Assembly: GCA_038065375.1 (NCBI GenBank) | Contig: JBBTRE010000021.1 | Location: 1 to 36,991, forward strand | DNA length: 36,991 nucleotides | Source: Patescibacteria group bacterium | Lineage (GTDB): Bacteria > Patescibacteriota > Minisyncoccia > UBA6257 > WO2-44-18 | Direction: 5' to 3' | Shown here: piece after piece, positions 16,184 through 23,676 of the stretch | Layout: the number at the start of each line of letters is the position of its first letter | How positions within the stretch are numbered: position 1 is the first letter of the stretch | The notes under the pieces: generated by a model | The model's input: only the letters and a program-made list of their open reading frames with translations | The model's database searches: none | Told to the model about the DNA's origin: nothing | Position numbers and translations under genes: made by a program

Positions 16184-17410
16184 TTAGACCCCAACTTTCG
16201 GCTCACCAGCGGCTTTCTCCGGCTCCGCCGCATCCGCCACTCCGCCCACCGTCGCTTCATCCGGTTTTTCGGCAGAACGGACATCAATCTTCCAACCGGT
16301 CAATTTAGCGGCCAAACGAACATTTTGGCCTCCCTTACCGATCGCCAGACTCAACTGATCGCTTGGGATAAAAACTCGGGCCTCGCGACGATCCAGAATC
16401 TGCACTTCTTTCACTTTGGCCGGAGAAATGGAATTGGCGATAAATTTAGCCGGGTCTTCCGACCATTCCACAATATCCAACTTTTCCTGACCCAATTCAT
16501 TGCTGACCGCCATAACCCGGGTGCCGCGTTGTCCGACACAAGAACCAACCGGATCCACCCCATCCATTTTGGACATCACTGCGATTTTAGTGCGGCTTCC
16601 CGGCTCGCGGGCAATGCCTTTAATTTCAATCACTCCATCATTTACTTCCGGAACTTCCAGAGCAAAAAGTTTACCGACAAACTTCGGATGAGAGCGGGAC
16701 AAAACAATACCCGGCATCTTCGCGTCCGCCTGAACCGCTAATACATAAAAGCGAAGACGCTCGCCGGCGCGATAATGCTCTCCCGGAATCGCTTCATTGA
16801 AAAACAACACTCCGGTAGTCCGGCCGAGATCAACATAGACATTACCGCGGTCATAGCGTTGAATAACGCCACTGACGATTTCCCCCTCTTTGGTCTTAAA
16901 TTCTCCCAAAATAGATTCCCTTTCGGCCTCCCGCAAACGCTGTAAAATAACCTGCTTGGCGGTCTGGGCGGCAATACGGCCAAAATCTTCCTTCGTCTCC
17001 AAAGGAAATTCCATTTCATCGCCGACTTTCACGCCGGATTTCTCTTTCTTCGCCTCTTCTACCAGCATGTGCCGGTCGGGATTATAACGCGGCATCAAGG
17101 TTTCACCTTCGGCGCTAACCTCCTCCCGCCCAGATGGCGCCTGGCGGAGCTCGTCCCCTTCAGGGGCGGCTCCCTCTTCAACAAAACGCACCGTGGTTTC
17201 GTCCACTACGGTCTTTACCTGCCAGAATCTCAAATCGCCGGTCCGGAGATCAAATTTACACTTAACCAGCTCGCCCTTTTCGCAATACTCTTTTTTATAA
17301 GCCGCGGCGATGGAAGACTCAATCGCTTCCAAAATTTTCCCCGAATCAATTCCCTTCTCTTCGGAAATTTGCTCTACCGCCCGTTTTAACGTTTTTAAAT
17401 CGAAAAGCAT
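16184..17410 (-). CDS. nusA: Transcription termination/antitermination factor NusA
   Basis: N-terminal domain, S1 (VSGVIQRYDRGNVYVDLG), and KH motifs GVDPVGSCVGQRGTR and AIGKGGQNVRLA. Confidence 0.9.
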   Translation of the reverse strand: MLFDLKTLKRAVEQISEEKGIDSGKILEAIESSIAAAYKKEYCEKGELVKCKFDLRTGDLRFWQVKTVVDETTVRFVEEGAAPEGDELRQAPSGREEVSAEGETLMPRYNPDRHMLVEEAKKEKSGVKVGDEMEFPLETKEDFGRIAAQTAKQVILQRLREAERESILGEFKTKEGEIVSGVIQRYDRGNVYVDLGRTTGVLFFNEAIPGEHYRAGERLRFYVLAVQADAKMPGIVLSRSHPKFVGKLFALEVPEVNDGVIEIKGIAREPGSRTKIAVMSKMDGVDPVGSCVGQRGTRVMAVSNELGQEKLDIVEWSEDPAKFIANSISPAKVKEVQILDRREARVFIPSDQLSLAIGKGGQNVRLAAKLTGWKIDVRSAEKPDEATVGGVADAAEPEKAAGEPKVGV

Positions 17411-17520
17411 TTATTTTTTAATTTTTGTTTTAACCTTTTTAAGAATAATGGCCGCTCCTTGAGCGACCATTAATCCAATAGAACAAGTATAGCGGATGGC
17501 CTACAAAAAGTCAAGGGGGC

Positions 17521-17545
17521 AAGAAAAAGCTGCCCGATGGCAGCT
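17521..17545 (-). terminator. Intrinsic terminator of the 226-aa lipoprotein gene
   Basis: AGCTGCC/GGCAGCT (17528-17545) followed by TTTTTCTT on the minus strand. Confidence 0.7.
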
Positions 17546-17581
17546 TTGTTACGCTAATACCTAATCGCTAATCCCTAGTCG

Positions 17582-18262
17582 CTATCTTAAGATCTCATCG
17601 CACAATCTCTGGCTGATGAATCCGTACTTAGTCAACAAACGAAGTTTGCGTACATAGCGCGGATCCTTTTTGAGCTGATGAAGCGCTTGTAGGCGGCGTA
17701 ACACGGATGGCTCTCCATTCTGGTAGCAGTAAGCGTCAGTGGTCATCGTTGCCACGTCTTCAAAATAATCGGTGGAGGAATATTCATCCAGTAATCCCTG
17801 GGTCGGAAAAGCATTCCAAGAATATTTCTTTCCGTAAACATCTCCGGCCGCCTTCCGAAATTCAATCCCGAAAGCGCAATCTTGACCGCTGCGCCGTCGG
17901 CATCCCAAAGAAAAGTGGTAAGCATGGACTGCTTCGTGCCAAATCGTTACCGGGTTATGAAAGTGCGTCGGCCTAACTGAAATCTCGCCCGACCCCTCGC
18001 ATAGTCCGACATAACTCTCGCCGCCATAATCAGCATTGTCGGTTACAGTAACCGACGCGATCGCCGCTACGATTTTAGGATCAATTTCAGAAAGCAGCCG
18101 GTCAAATTTTTCCACGTCCTCCCGAGACACCGGACCGGTAACCGTAAAGCCGTGAATGGATTCATAGCTGGAGACCGGAAGCGCTCTGGGAATCGGCTGG
18201 CAACTGCATCCGACGAAAGTACAAACCAGTAAAAGCGCAGCGGCCACAGATCGGATCAGCAA
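17582..18262 (-). CDS. Lipoprotein, putative HExxH zinc metallopeptidase (paralog 1)
   Basis: TTG start with a GAGGTGA SD. Lipobox FVGC. HEAVH motif plus downstream DYFEDVA. Confidence 0.6.
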   Translation of the reverse strand: MLIRSVAAALLLVCTFVGCSCQPIPRALPVSSYESIHGFTVTGPVSREDVEKFDRLLSEIDPKIVAAIASVTVTDNADYGGESYVGLCEGSGEISVRPTHFHNPVTIWHEAVHAYHFSLGCRRRSGQDCAFGIEFRKAAGDVYGKKYSWNAFPTQGLLDEYSSTDYFEDVATMTTDAYCYQNGEPSVLRRLQALHQLKKDPRYVRKLRLLTKYGFISQRLCDEILR

Positions 18263-18297
18263 TTTTCACCTCTCAAACTAAGCTGTAATGATTATAA

Positions 18298-18327
18298 CAA
18301 AAAATGACCCCGCAATAGCAGGGTCAT
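18298..18327 (-). terminator. Intrinsic terminator between the two lipoprotein paralogs
   Basis: ATGACCC/GGGTCAT (18304-18327) overlapping the TGA stop. T6 follows on the minus strand. Confidence 0.7.
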
Positions 18328-18995
18328 TTAAGAATTTCATCGCGCAACTCCCGGCTGATAAATCCGTATTCAGCGAGCAACTTCAACTTTTTTTCGTAGC
18401 GAGAATCTTCCCGCAACTGACCGGATTTTTTCATCCGGTGAAGCAACGAGTCAGGATAGAATTTGTATGAGTAGACGGCTTCGGTAAATTCAGCTATATC
18501 CTCAGAAACGTTCGTGGTGGCGTAATCGGTCAGCAGACCGTTGGCCGGGAAGGTCTGACCCGCAGTCGGTTCGTTGTAGACCAGGCCAGCGGTAAAAAGC
18601 CAAGAGATGGTCAGCGAGTAAAACCGGGGTCCGAAGATGCCAGGTTCGCTTAGAGAAAAATAGTAAGCATGCGCCGCTTCGTGCCAGACCGTTGTATACC
18701 GCCACAACCCGTCTCGCATAAAGCAAATTTCTCCTCCCGGCCAGCAGTGCCCAACAGCAGTCGACCTCTCGTAGTGGCAGATGTCGGGGCAAAACGAAAC
18801 TTTTTTAACTGTCCGGATCACCCGAGGCTCCATGTGAGACAAAGCGGTATCAATAGAATCAATCTGCTCCTTCGTGAAATTTCCGTAGATGGAATAACCG
18901 TACTTAGTCTGCAGTCCTTCAGCGGGCGGGGGTAGAGAGTGACATCCGGAGACTACTAAGATGAGCGCCAGGCCGAAAATCGGGCGAAGACTCAT
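18324..18995 (-). CDS. Lipoprotein, putative HExxH zinc metallopeptidase (paralog 2)
   Basis: I start at the ATG at 18995, preceded by GGAGGAGG. Lipobox VSGC. HEAAH motif plus NVSEDIAEF. C-terminal tail matches paralog 1. Confidence 0.6.
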   Translation of the reverse strand: MSLRPIFGLALILVVSGCHSLPPPAEGLQTKYGYSIYGNFTKEQIDSIDTALSHMEPRVIRTVKKVSFCPDICHYERSTAVGHCWPGGEICFMRDGLWRYTTVWHEAAHAYYFSLSEPGIFGPRFYSLTISWLFTAGLVYNEPTAGQTFPANGLLTDYATTNVSEDIAEFTEAVYSYKFYPDSLLHRMKKSGQLREDSRYEKKLKLLAEYGFISRELRDEILK

Positions 18996-19212
18996 TTGCC
19001 TCCTCCTTTCCTTATTAAGGTTTCTGCCGAGACTATACAATAAATCTCCGGCAAATGCAAGCCCCGTCACCAGATCGAGCAGTCCTCTTTCCCATCGTCC
19101 AAGGTTAATCCTGGATATGCATTCACAAAATTAGATTTGCGAACTCTCAATATTGACCTTAAGAAAGCGAGCAGACGATGCACTGCTCGGCTCGGTGCGG
19201 GGCAGGCTCCTG

Positions 19213-19905
19213 TTAGAGTTTCTCGTTGATAATTTCTATGCGCCGGGTGTCGGGGTGAAACTCCAGCTCATCGTCGCCATAAATAATTCTCGGCTTATAT
19301 CCGGGCGGGTCATTTTTTAAACCGCGCTCAATCCGGCGTAGCTGTATCCGGCGCAAAATTTTCTCCAGCCAATCTCCCAAAAAACCGGACAATAAACTAC
19401 CCGAAAATCTTTTCGCCAAAGATGGAGTATTCCAGCGCCATCTTAAATCTTCCCTAAACGCTAATCCCCCGGACCAATCCTGGTTGGCGGAGAAAAATTT
19501 CCGGACTTTTCCCGTAGTCCCGAAAACCGGAACTAGATTTTTATAGAGCATTTGCCAATATTTATCGCGCGGGCCGGATAGCCGATAACTTTTCTCCGTT
19601 ACAAAATGATTCAGACAAATTTTATCGGAAGCTGATTCTTTGTGATTCAACTTACTTCTCCGCCACCCGAAAAATCCGAAAGCCAGAATCGCGAAAAGGC
19701 GGGCGCTGAAAATCCGTCCCGAGCGAACGCCGACAATCACATCAAAATCGGATAATGCGTTCACCTGACCGGTCGCCATTGAACCGGCCGCCACCGCGAA
19801 ATCAACGAAAGGAAGATAGCGGAACAACCAGGCGCGCCGTAAAAATTTAATCCACTTTTCATCATAGAGAACTTTTTGCCGCCGCTCAGCGATGCTTTGA
19901 TCCAT
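19213..19905 (-). CDS. Pol-beta-superfamily nucleotidyltransferase domain protein
   Basis: GSMATGQVNALSDFDVIV (GS...DxD NTase motif). Start moved to 19905 because a terminator lies inside the longer listed ORF. Confidence 0.6.
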   Translation of the reverse strand: MDQSIAERRQKVLYDEKWIKFLRRAWLFRYLPFVDFAVAAGSMATGQVNALSDFDVIVGVRSGRIFSARLFAILAFGFFGWRRSKLNHKESASDKICLNHFVTEKSYRLSGPRDKYWQMLYKNLVPVFGTTGKVRKFFSANQDWSGGLAFREDLRWRWNTPSLAKRFSGSLLSGFLGDWLEKILRRIQLRRIERGLKNDPPGYKPRIIYGDDELEFHPDTRRIEIINEKL

Positions 19906-19921
19906 TGTTTCTATTATATAT

Positions 19922-19946
19922 AAAAAAGACCCCGCGAAATGCGGGG
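19922..19946 (-). terminator. Intrinsic terminator of the 156-aa gene
   Basis: CCCCGC/GCGGGG (19930-19946) followed by T6 on the minus strand. Confidence 0.75.
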
Positions 19947-19954
19947 ATTCAAAA

Positions 19955-20425
19955 TTAACTAGAAACAACCAGGAACCGGCAACCGGCTTCCCACTTACAG
20001 GTGTCGCTTGGAACACCGATAAAAATCATTCGGGTATTCCCAACCATGTAGGCATAAGCGACTATCGGGGTATTGCCATCCGGTGGTTCACCAAGGGCGA
20101 CGACCGGATACTTCAACTGCTCTTCCGGGTAAGTCCACAGGAAGGTGAGCAATTCCCGGACCGTCGCCGCCCGCGCCTGATTCTTCCCGATCAACTCTGA
20201 TGCTGAAGGAGAAGATAAATCCAGATCATGAACGAGCAACTTCATTTTTGTCTCAATAGACGCTTCGGGTGGAGCAATCACCCGAGAATCCAAAAATGCC
20301 CAGATGTTATAGACACTCCCCAGCTTGCAACCGGTTTTCTCCACTACCAACTCCATCACCTTACTAACCGGCGTCGTATGACTAACAAATACGGTAAAAA
20401 GTTCCGGCGCGATTGCTTGAGTCAC
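19955..20425 (-). CDS. Hypothetical protein (156 aa)
   Basis: ORF bounded by terminators. No motif recognised. Confidence 0.5.
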   Translation of the reverse strand: MTQAIAPELFTVFVSHTTPVSKVMELVVEKTGCKLGSVYNIWAFLDSRVIAPPEASIETKMKLLVHDLDLSSPSASELIGKNQARAATVRELLTFLWTYPEEQLKYPVVALGEPPDGNTPIVAYAYMVGNTRMIFIGVPSDTCKWEAGCRFLVVSS

Positions 20426-20454
20426 TAGCCACTCCTTAAAGGACCGCAGCTAGC

Positions 20455-21498
20455 TTAAAACAAACCGTCCTTTTCTTCAATGGCGGGCGCTTCAACTAGT
20501 TGCGGCTCAACCTCTATTCCCTTATCGGTAATTTTCAAAACATCTTTATCAATCTTCCCGAATTCTTTATAAGCATGATTGTAGGCGCTGACAGTGGTTC
20601 CCAGATTCTTTCCGATTTTTCCGAAATAATCTTCATAGGTAATCAGATGCTTCCGCAAATTATCCACCTGTTTAATAATGTCTTTCGCCTGCTCGGAAAT
20701 TTTCTGATTGCGCAGACCCTGTAAAACAGTCTGCAGATAAGCGAGGAAAGAAGTCGGTGAAACAATGATTACTTTTTTCTGAAAGGCGTAGGCAATTAAA
20801 TTTTTGTCTTCCGTGCTGGAACCAACTTTATTGATAAGAAGATCATAATAAATCGCCTCCGATGGAATAAACATAAAAGCGAAATCCATCGTATCTTCCT
20901 GCGGTTTCACATATTTGGAAGTTTCATCAATACGCATTTTAATATCACCAACAAAAGCGGCTTCATATTTTTTCTTTTCCGATGGGTCAACGGCAGCGGC
21001 GAAACGGTTATAATTTTCTAAACTAAATTTGGAATCAACCGGAATGATCCGCTTATCCACGAAAACCACCGCGTCCACGATAACGCTATCTTTGAAAGCG
21101 TACTGCATCTGATACGAACCCGGTGGTAATACATTTTTTAAAACGGTTTCCAAAAAATATTCTCCGAGGATACCACGCTGTTTCGGATTGGTGAGCGTAT
21201 CCTGCAATTTTTTAATCTGCTCATTCATCGCCAGCGTCTGGCGGGAAGTTTCTTCCACGACGGCGAGCTTGGCATTTACGTCGCCGAATAATTTCGCGCT
21301 CGCTCCCGATTGATTCTGCATCGCTCGGTTAGACTCGCTCAACCTTGTATCCAAAACCCGCCCAATCTCGTGGATTTGGTTCTGCAACATAGACATACTC
21401 TGATCCGGAGCTTTTTCTTTCGGCTTCAGCGCGACATAAAGCGCGGCAAAACCCAACAACATAACAGCCACTATTACGATTACCGGAATTAAATCCAT
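20455..21498 (-). CDS. rmuC: DNA recombination protein RmuC
   Basis: N-terminal TM helix, coiled coil, and a C-terminal RmuC nuclease-like region (VIPVDSKF, FMFIPSE). Start placed at Met16. Confidence 0.8.
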   Translation of the reverse strand: MDLIPVIVIVAVMLLGFAALYVALKPKEKAPDQSMSMLQNQIHEIGRVLDTRLSESNRAMQNQSGASAKLFGDVNAKLAVVEETSRQTLAMNEQIKKLQDTLTNPKQRGILGEYFLETVLKNVLPPGSYQMQYAFKDSVIVDAVVFVDKRIIPVDSKFSLENYNRFAAAVDPSEKKKYEAAFVGDIKMRIDETSKYVKPQEDTMDFAFMFIPSEAIYYDLLINKVGSSTEDKNLIAYAFQKKVIIVSPTSFLAYLQTVLQGLRNQKISEQAKDIIKQVDNLRKHLITYEDYFGKIGKNLGTTVSAYNHAYKEFGKIDKDVLKITDKGIEVEPQLVEAPAIEEKDGLF

Positions 21499-21646
21499 CC
21501 CGTTAGAAGCAGGGTGCGCCCACCGGGCGTACCCGTGGCACACTGCTCAACTTTCCACTCACGACTATATTTTGTACTTTGATTATCATAGTTATTTAGA
21601 TCGGCTGCTTCTAACGGGACACGTAACCTAATAATAACTTTTTGAG

Positions 21647-21680
21647 ATAAAAAAATCCTCCGCCAATTGGTCGGAGGATT
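21647..21680 (-). terminator. Intrinsic terminator of the three-small-gene operon
   Basis: AATCCTCCG/CGGAGGATT (21654-21680) followed by T7 on the minus strand. Confidence 0.85.
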
Positions 21681-21685
21681 CAATC

Positions 21686-21910
21686 TTAAACATCCCAAAA
21701 TTCATTCCAGTCCTTGTAAGTCATGCGACTTGTCGGCAAACGTACTCGCATTTGATAACGATCAACAATCGCCTGAACGACACCCTGAATTTTTTCGCTT
21801 TTACGAAGCAGTTCCAAGTCTTTCTTAGTGACACCGAGCGTCTCACACAGCTTCTTCATTGCCTCAACTGCATCAGAGGGCAGTTTGCTCTTGTTGTTAT
21901 TTCTGCTCAT
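21686..21910 (-). CDS. Hypothetical small protein (74 aa)
   Basis: ATGA-coupled to the upstream gene. No motif recognised. Confidence 0.5.
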   Translation of the reverse strand: MSRNNNKSKLPSDAVEAMKKLCETLGVTKKDLELLRKSEKIQGVVQAIVDRYQMRVRLPTSRMTYKDWNEFWDV

Positions 21911-22164
21911 TTTCCTTCTTCCTTCTCTGCCTGCTGCTTCGGCGAGAGATCGATGTATATAACCTTTCCTTCCCTCTTAAACCAGTTGTTCTTCTGTATG
22001 GCCTCCGCTAGATCTCTTGTTTCGAAATCAGTCGGTAGTTTGGCTCTATACTTCCAGACGATGTCCCTGAGGGCGGTCCGCAGTTTGTCGACTGAGCTGA
22101 ACCGACGCCCATTCAGAGGTAGGAGCATTTCCGCAACGGTAGTCAACTTGGCCGCTTTCCTCAT
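21907..22164 (-). CDS. Hypothetical small protein (85 aa), C-terminal PKQQAEKEEGK
   Basis: ATGA-coupled at both ends. Confidence 0.5.
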   Translation of the reverse strand: MRKAAKLTTVAEMLLPLNGRRFSSVDKLRTALRDIVWKYRAKLPTDFETRDLAEAIQKNNWFKREGKVIYIDLSPKQQAEKEEGK

Positions 22165-22469
22165 TTCCCATCTCCTTTTTCGGCCTGCTGCTTCGGCGGC
22201 CAGTCGGCTCGGATCGGAACGGCGGTGATGCTTACGGAGACAATCTCTCCGGCATCATTATAGTTATCCTCATAATTCACCTGCTTATAAATGAAGTAGC
22301 CCCTCTCCCAGTCCTCATAGACTTCAAACTTCTCCCAAGAAACACTCTCATCGGAACCATGATCCTTTATCGAACCAATCGCCACAGAACGATTCTGCTT
22401 CCCTGCCGGGGGCTCGCCCGAAACGCACAGCACTGCCAGCGCGAACAGCACGACCGCGATCTTTTGCAT
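22161..22469 (-). CDS. Secreted small protein (102 aa from the ATG at 22469), C-terminal PKQQAEKGDGK
   Basis: AAGGAGAAAGG SD before the ATG at 22469. Signal-like MQKIAVVLFALAVLCVSG. Confidence 0.5.
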   Translation of the reverse strand: MQKIAVVLFALAVLCVSGEPPAGKQNRSVAIGSIKDHGSDESVSWEKFEVYEDWERGYFIYKQVNYEDNYNDAGEIVSVSITAVPIRADWPPKQQAEKGDGK

Positions 22470-22562
22470 GGCCTTTCTCCTTGTTTTGGAATCCCACACA
22501 TAGATTATGTATGGGACAAACTGCTGTACATTATAACAAAAAATGAAATAAAAAGCAATAGT

Positions 22563-22632
22563 GTGCAGTATCTCACGGCCGTGAGTTACTGCACATAAAA
22601 CTAACCCCTACTATGACATGTCATAGTAGGGG
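22563..22632. promoter_or_regulatory. Two large palindromes in a divergent intergenic region
   Basis: 32-bp near-perfect palindrome at 22563-22594 (one central-arm mismatch). Perfect 28-bp palindrome CCCCTACTATGACATGTCATAGTAGGGG at 22605-22632. Confidence 0.8.
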
Positions 22633-22637
22633 GGATT

Positions 22638-22666
22638 TTGCTTTAATTGCCGTGATGTGATATTAT
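22638..22666 (+). promoter_or_regulatory. Sigma70-like promoter of the tandem-paralog operon
   Basis: TTGCTT, 17 nt spacer, TATTAT, about 35 nt upstream of the GTG at 22701. Confidence 0.55.
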
Positions 22667-22700
22667 CTACTCGGTTACATTTACATTGAAAGGAGAAGTA

Positions 22701-23051
22701 GTGGCCCAGAAAAAGCCGAAAATGACGGTCAAACAGTTCATGAAGGAGTTGGCGAAGCACAGAGGAAAGTTTAAGGTACAAGAAAAAGGGGAGTTAAGAG
22801 CGCGTAGGTCTTCGCGAAAAATATCCGTTTTTTACCGAGGACCTCATTGTCCGATCACTAAGGTCTACTACTCAATTTCAAAAATAAGCTATTCCGGCAC
22901 CTACTGGGGAAATGCCGTCACAGGTCTCGGCCTTGGAACCAATAACGCCGTGAGAATCGTTGAAGCTGCGGACAACAACCTTAAGACTGCCACAGCGAGG
23001 ATCCTCCGCCGCCAGATGCTAAAAGTTCTCGGCTTGAAGGAGGTTGCCTAA
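22701..23051 (+). CDS. Hypothetical protein, paralog A (HCPITKV family)
   Basis: GTG at 22701, 5 nt after GGAG. Shares KPKMTxKQFxKELxKH, HCPITKV and RRQMLKVLGLKExA with the next gene. Confidence 0.55.
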   Translation: MAQKKPKMTVKQFMKELAKHRGKFKVQEKGELRARRSSRKISVFYRGPHCPITKVYYSISKISYSGTYWGNAVTGLGLGTNNAVRIVEAADNNLKTATARILRRQMLKVLGLKEVA

Positions 23052-23395
23052 TGCGCAAGCCGAAGATGACGCTGAAACAGTTCCTGAAGGAGCTGGAGAA
23101 GCACTCCGTGACGATGGTAATAGCCGGGGAGAGCAAGATTAGAAGCGGGGGTGAGATAGGGCGCTTTGGAGATCCCACCCAGCATTGCCCAATCACGAAA
23201 GTCTGCAAAAGGATCACCGGCTTTCACTTTCGGCCCCGCTACTATTTGGACGCCGCAAGGCAAATTGGCCTGAGTCAGAAAATGGCTGGCGTGATTGTGG
23301 GCGCGGCAGACAAACCGCTGCGCAAATGCGGCCCCAAACAGAAAAAGGTCCGCCGCCAGATGCTCAAAGTCCTCGGACTGAAGGAGTCTGCTTAA
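23051..23395 (+). CDS. Hypothetical protein, paralog B (HCPITKV family)
   Basis: AAGGAGG SD. Its ATG overlaps the stop codon of paralog A. Confidence 0.55.
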   Translation: MRKPKMTLKQFLKELEKHSVTMVIAGESKIRSGGEIGRFGDPTQHCPITKVCKRITGFHFRPRYYLDAARQIGLSQKMAGVIVGAADKPLRKCGPKQKKVRRQMLKVLGLKESA

Positions 23396-23401
23396 AAACA
23401 C

Positions 23402-23436
23402 ACCGCCCCGACTTACGTCGTGGGCGGTTTTCATTT
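23402..23436 (+). terminator. Intrinsic terminator of the paralog operon
   Basis: ACCGCCC(CGAC)/(GTCG)tGGGCGGT followed by TTTTCATTT. Confidence 0.75.
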
Positions 23437-23458
23437 CTCTAACCAACTTAATAAATTT

Positions 23459-23618
23459 GTTGCTTTGGATGTTTTTCTCCGAAACCCAAGCGAGCTTAAT
23501 CGGCTAGGAGGTTTTTGTATAATAGATCCCAAACAAAAACCCGATTAGCGCGAGCGTTAAGTGAAGTCCGCCGCAGGAGCGGATGGAACGGGTTGAGGGG
23601 AAAAACATCCGAAGCAAC
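23459..23618 (+). ncRNA. Candidate structured RNA, or a MITE-like inverted-repeat element
   Basis: Arms 23459-23487 and 23590-23618 pair at 27 of 29 positions, including two T-G pairs that are wobbles only on the plus strand. Internal hairpins lie at 23494-23549 and 23567-23583. Confidence 0.35.
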
Positions 23619-23648
23619 AAAAAAGACCCCCTCACAGGGCCTTTTTTG
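23619..23648. terminator. Weak A-run/hairpin/T-run, possible terminator of the 23677 gene
   Basis: AAAAAAG-ACCCCCTCACAGGGCC-TTTTTTG. The stem is only about 5 bp and pairs better on the minus strand. Confidence 0.35.
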
Positions 23649-23676
23649 TTGTGTAATTAAAAGAATACCACAATGA

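Noticed and set aside
16178-16741. 187-aa plus-strand ORF inside nusA (with similar shadow ORFs inside hppA, thrA, asd and rnj)
   Set aside because: All lie antisense to strongly supported housekeeping genes and have skewed Arg/Pro/Ser composition.
23048-23446. 132-aa minus-strand ORF covering paralog B
   Set aside because: - It is antisense to a gene supported by an SD, a paralog with conserved blocks and a downstream terminator.
- The antisense frame runs through that terminator.
23459-23618. Assigning the structured element to 6S RNA, SRP RNA or a retron msr/msd
   Set aside because: - No SRP domain IV motif (GGAA tetraloop with AGCA loop) is present.
- There is no reverse transcriptase nearby.
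- 6S cannot be judged without covariance models.
- The element is left as an unclassified candidate.
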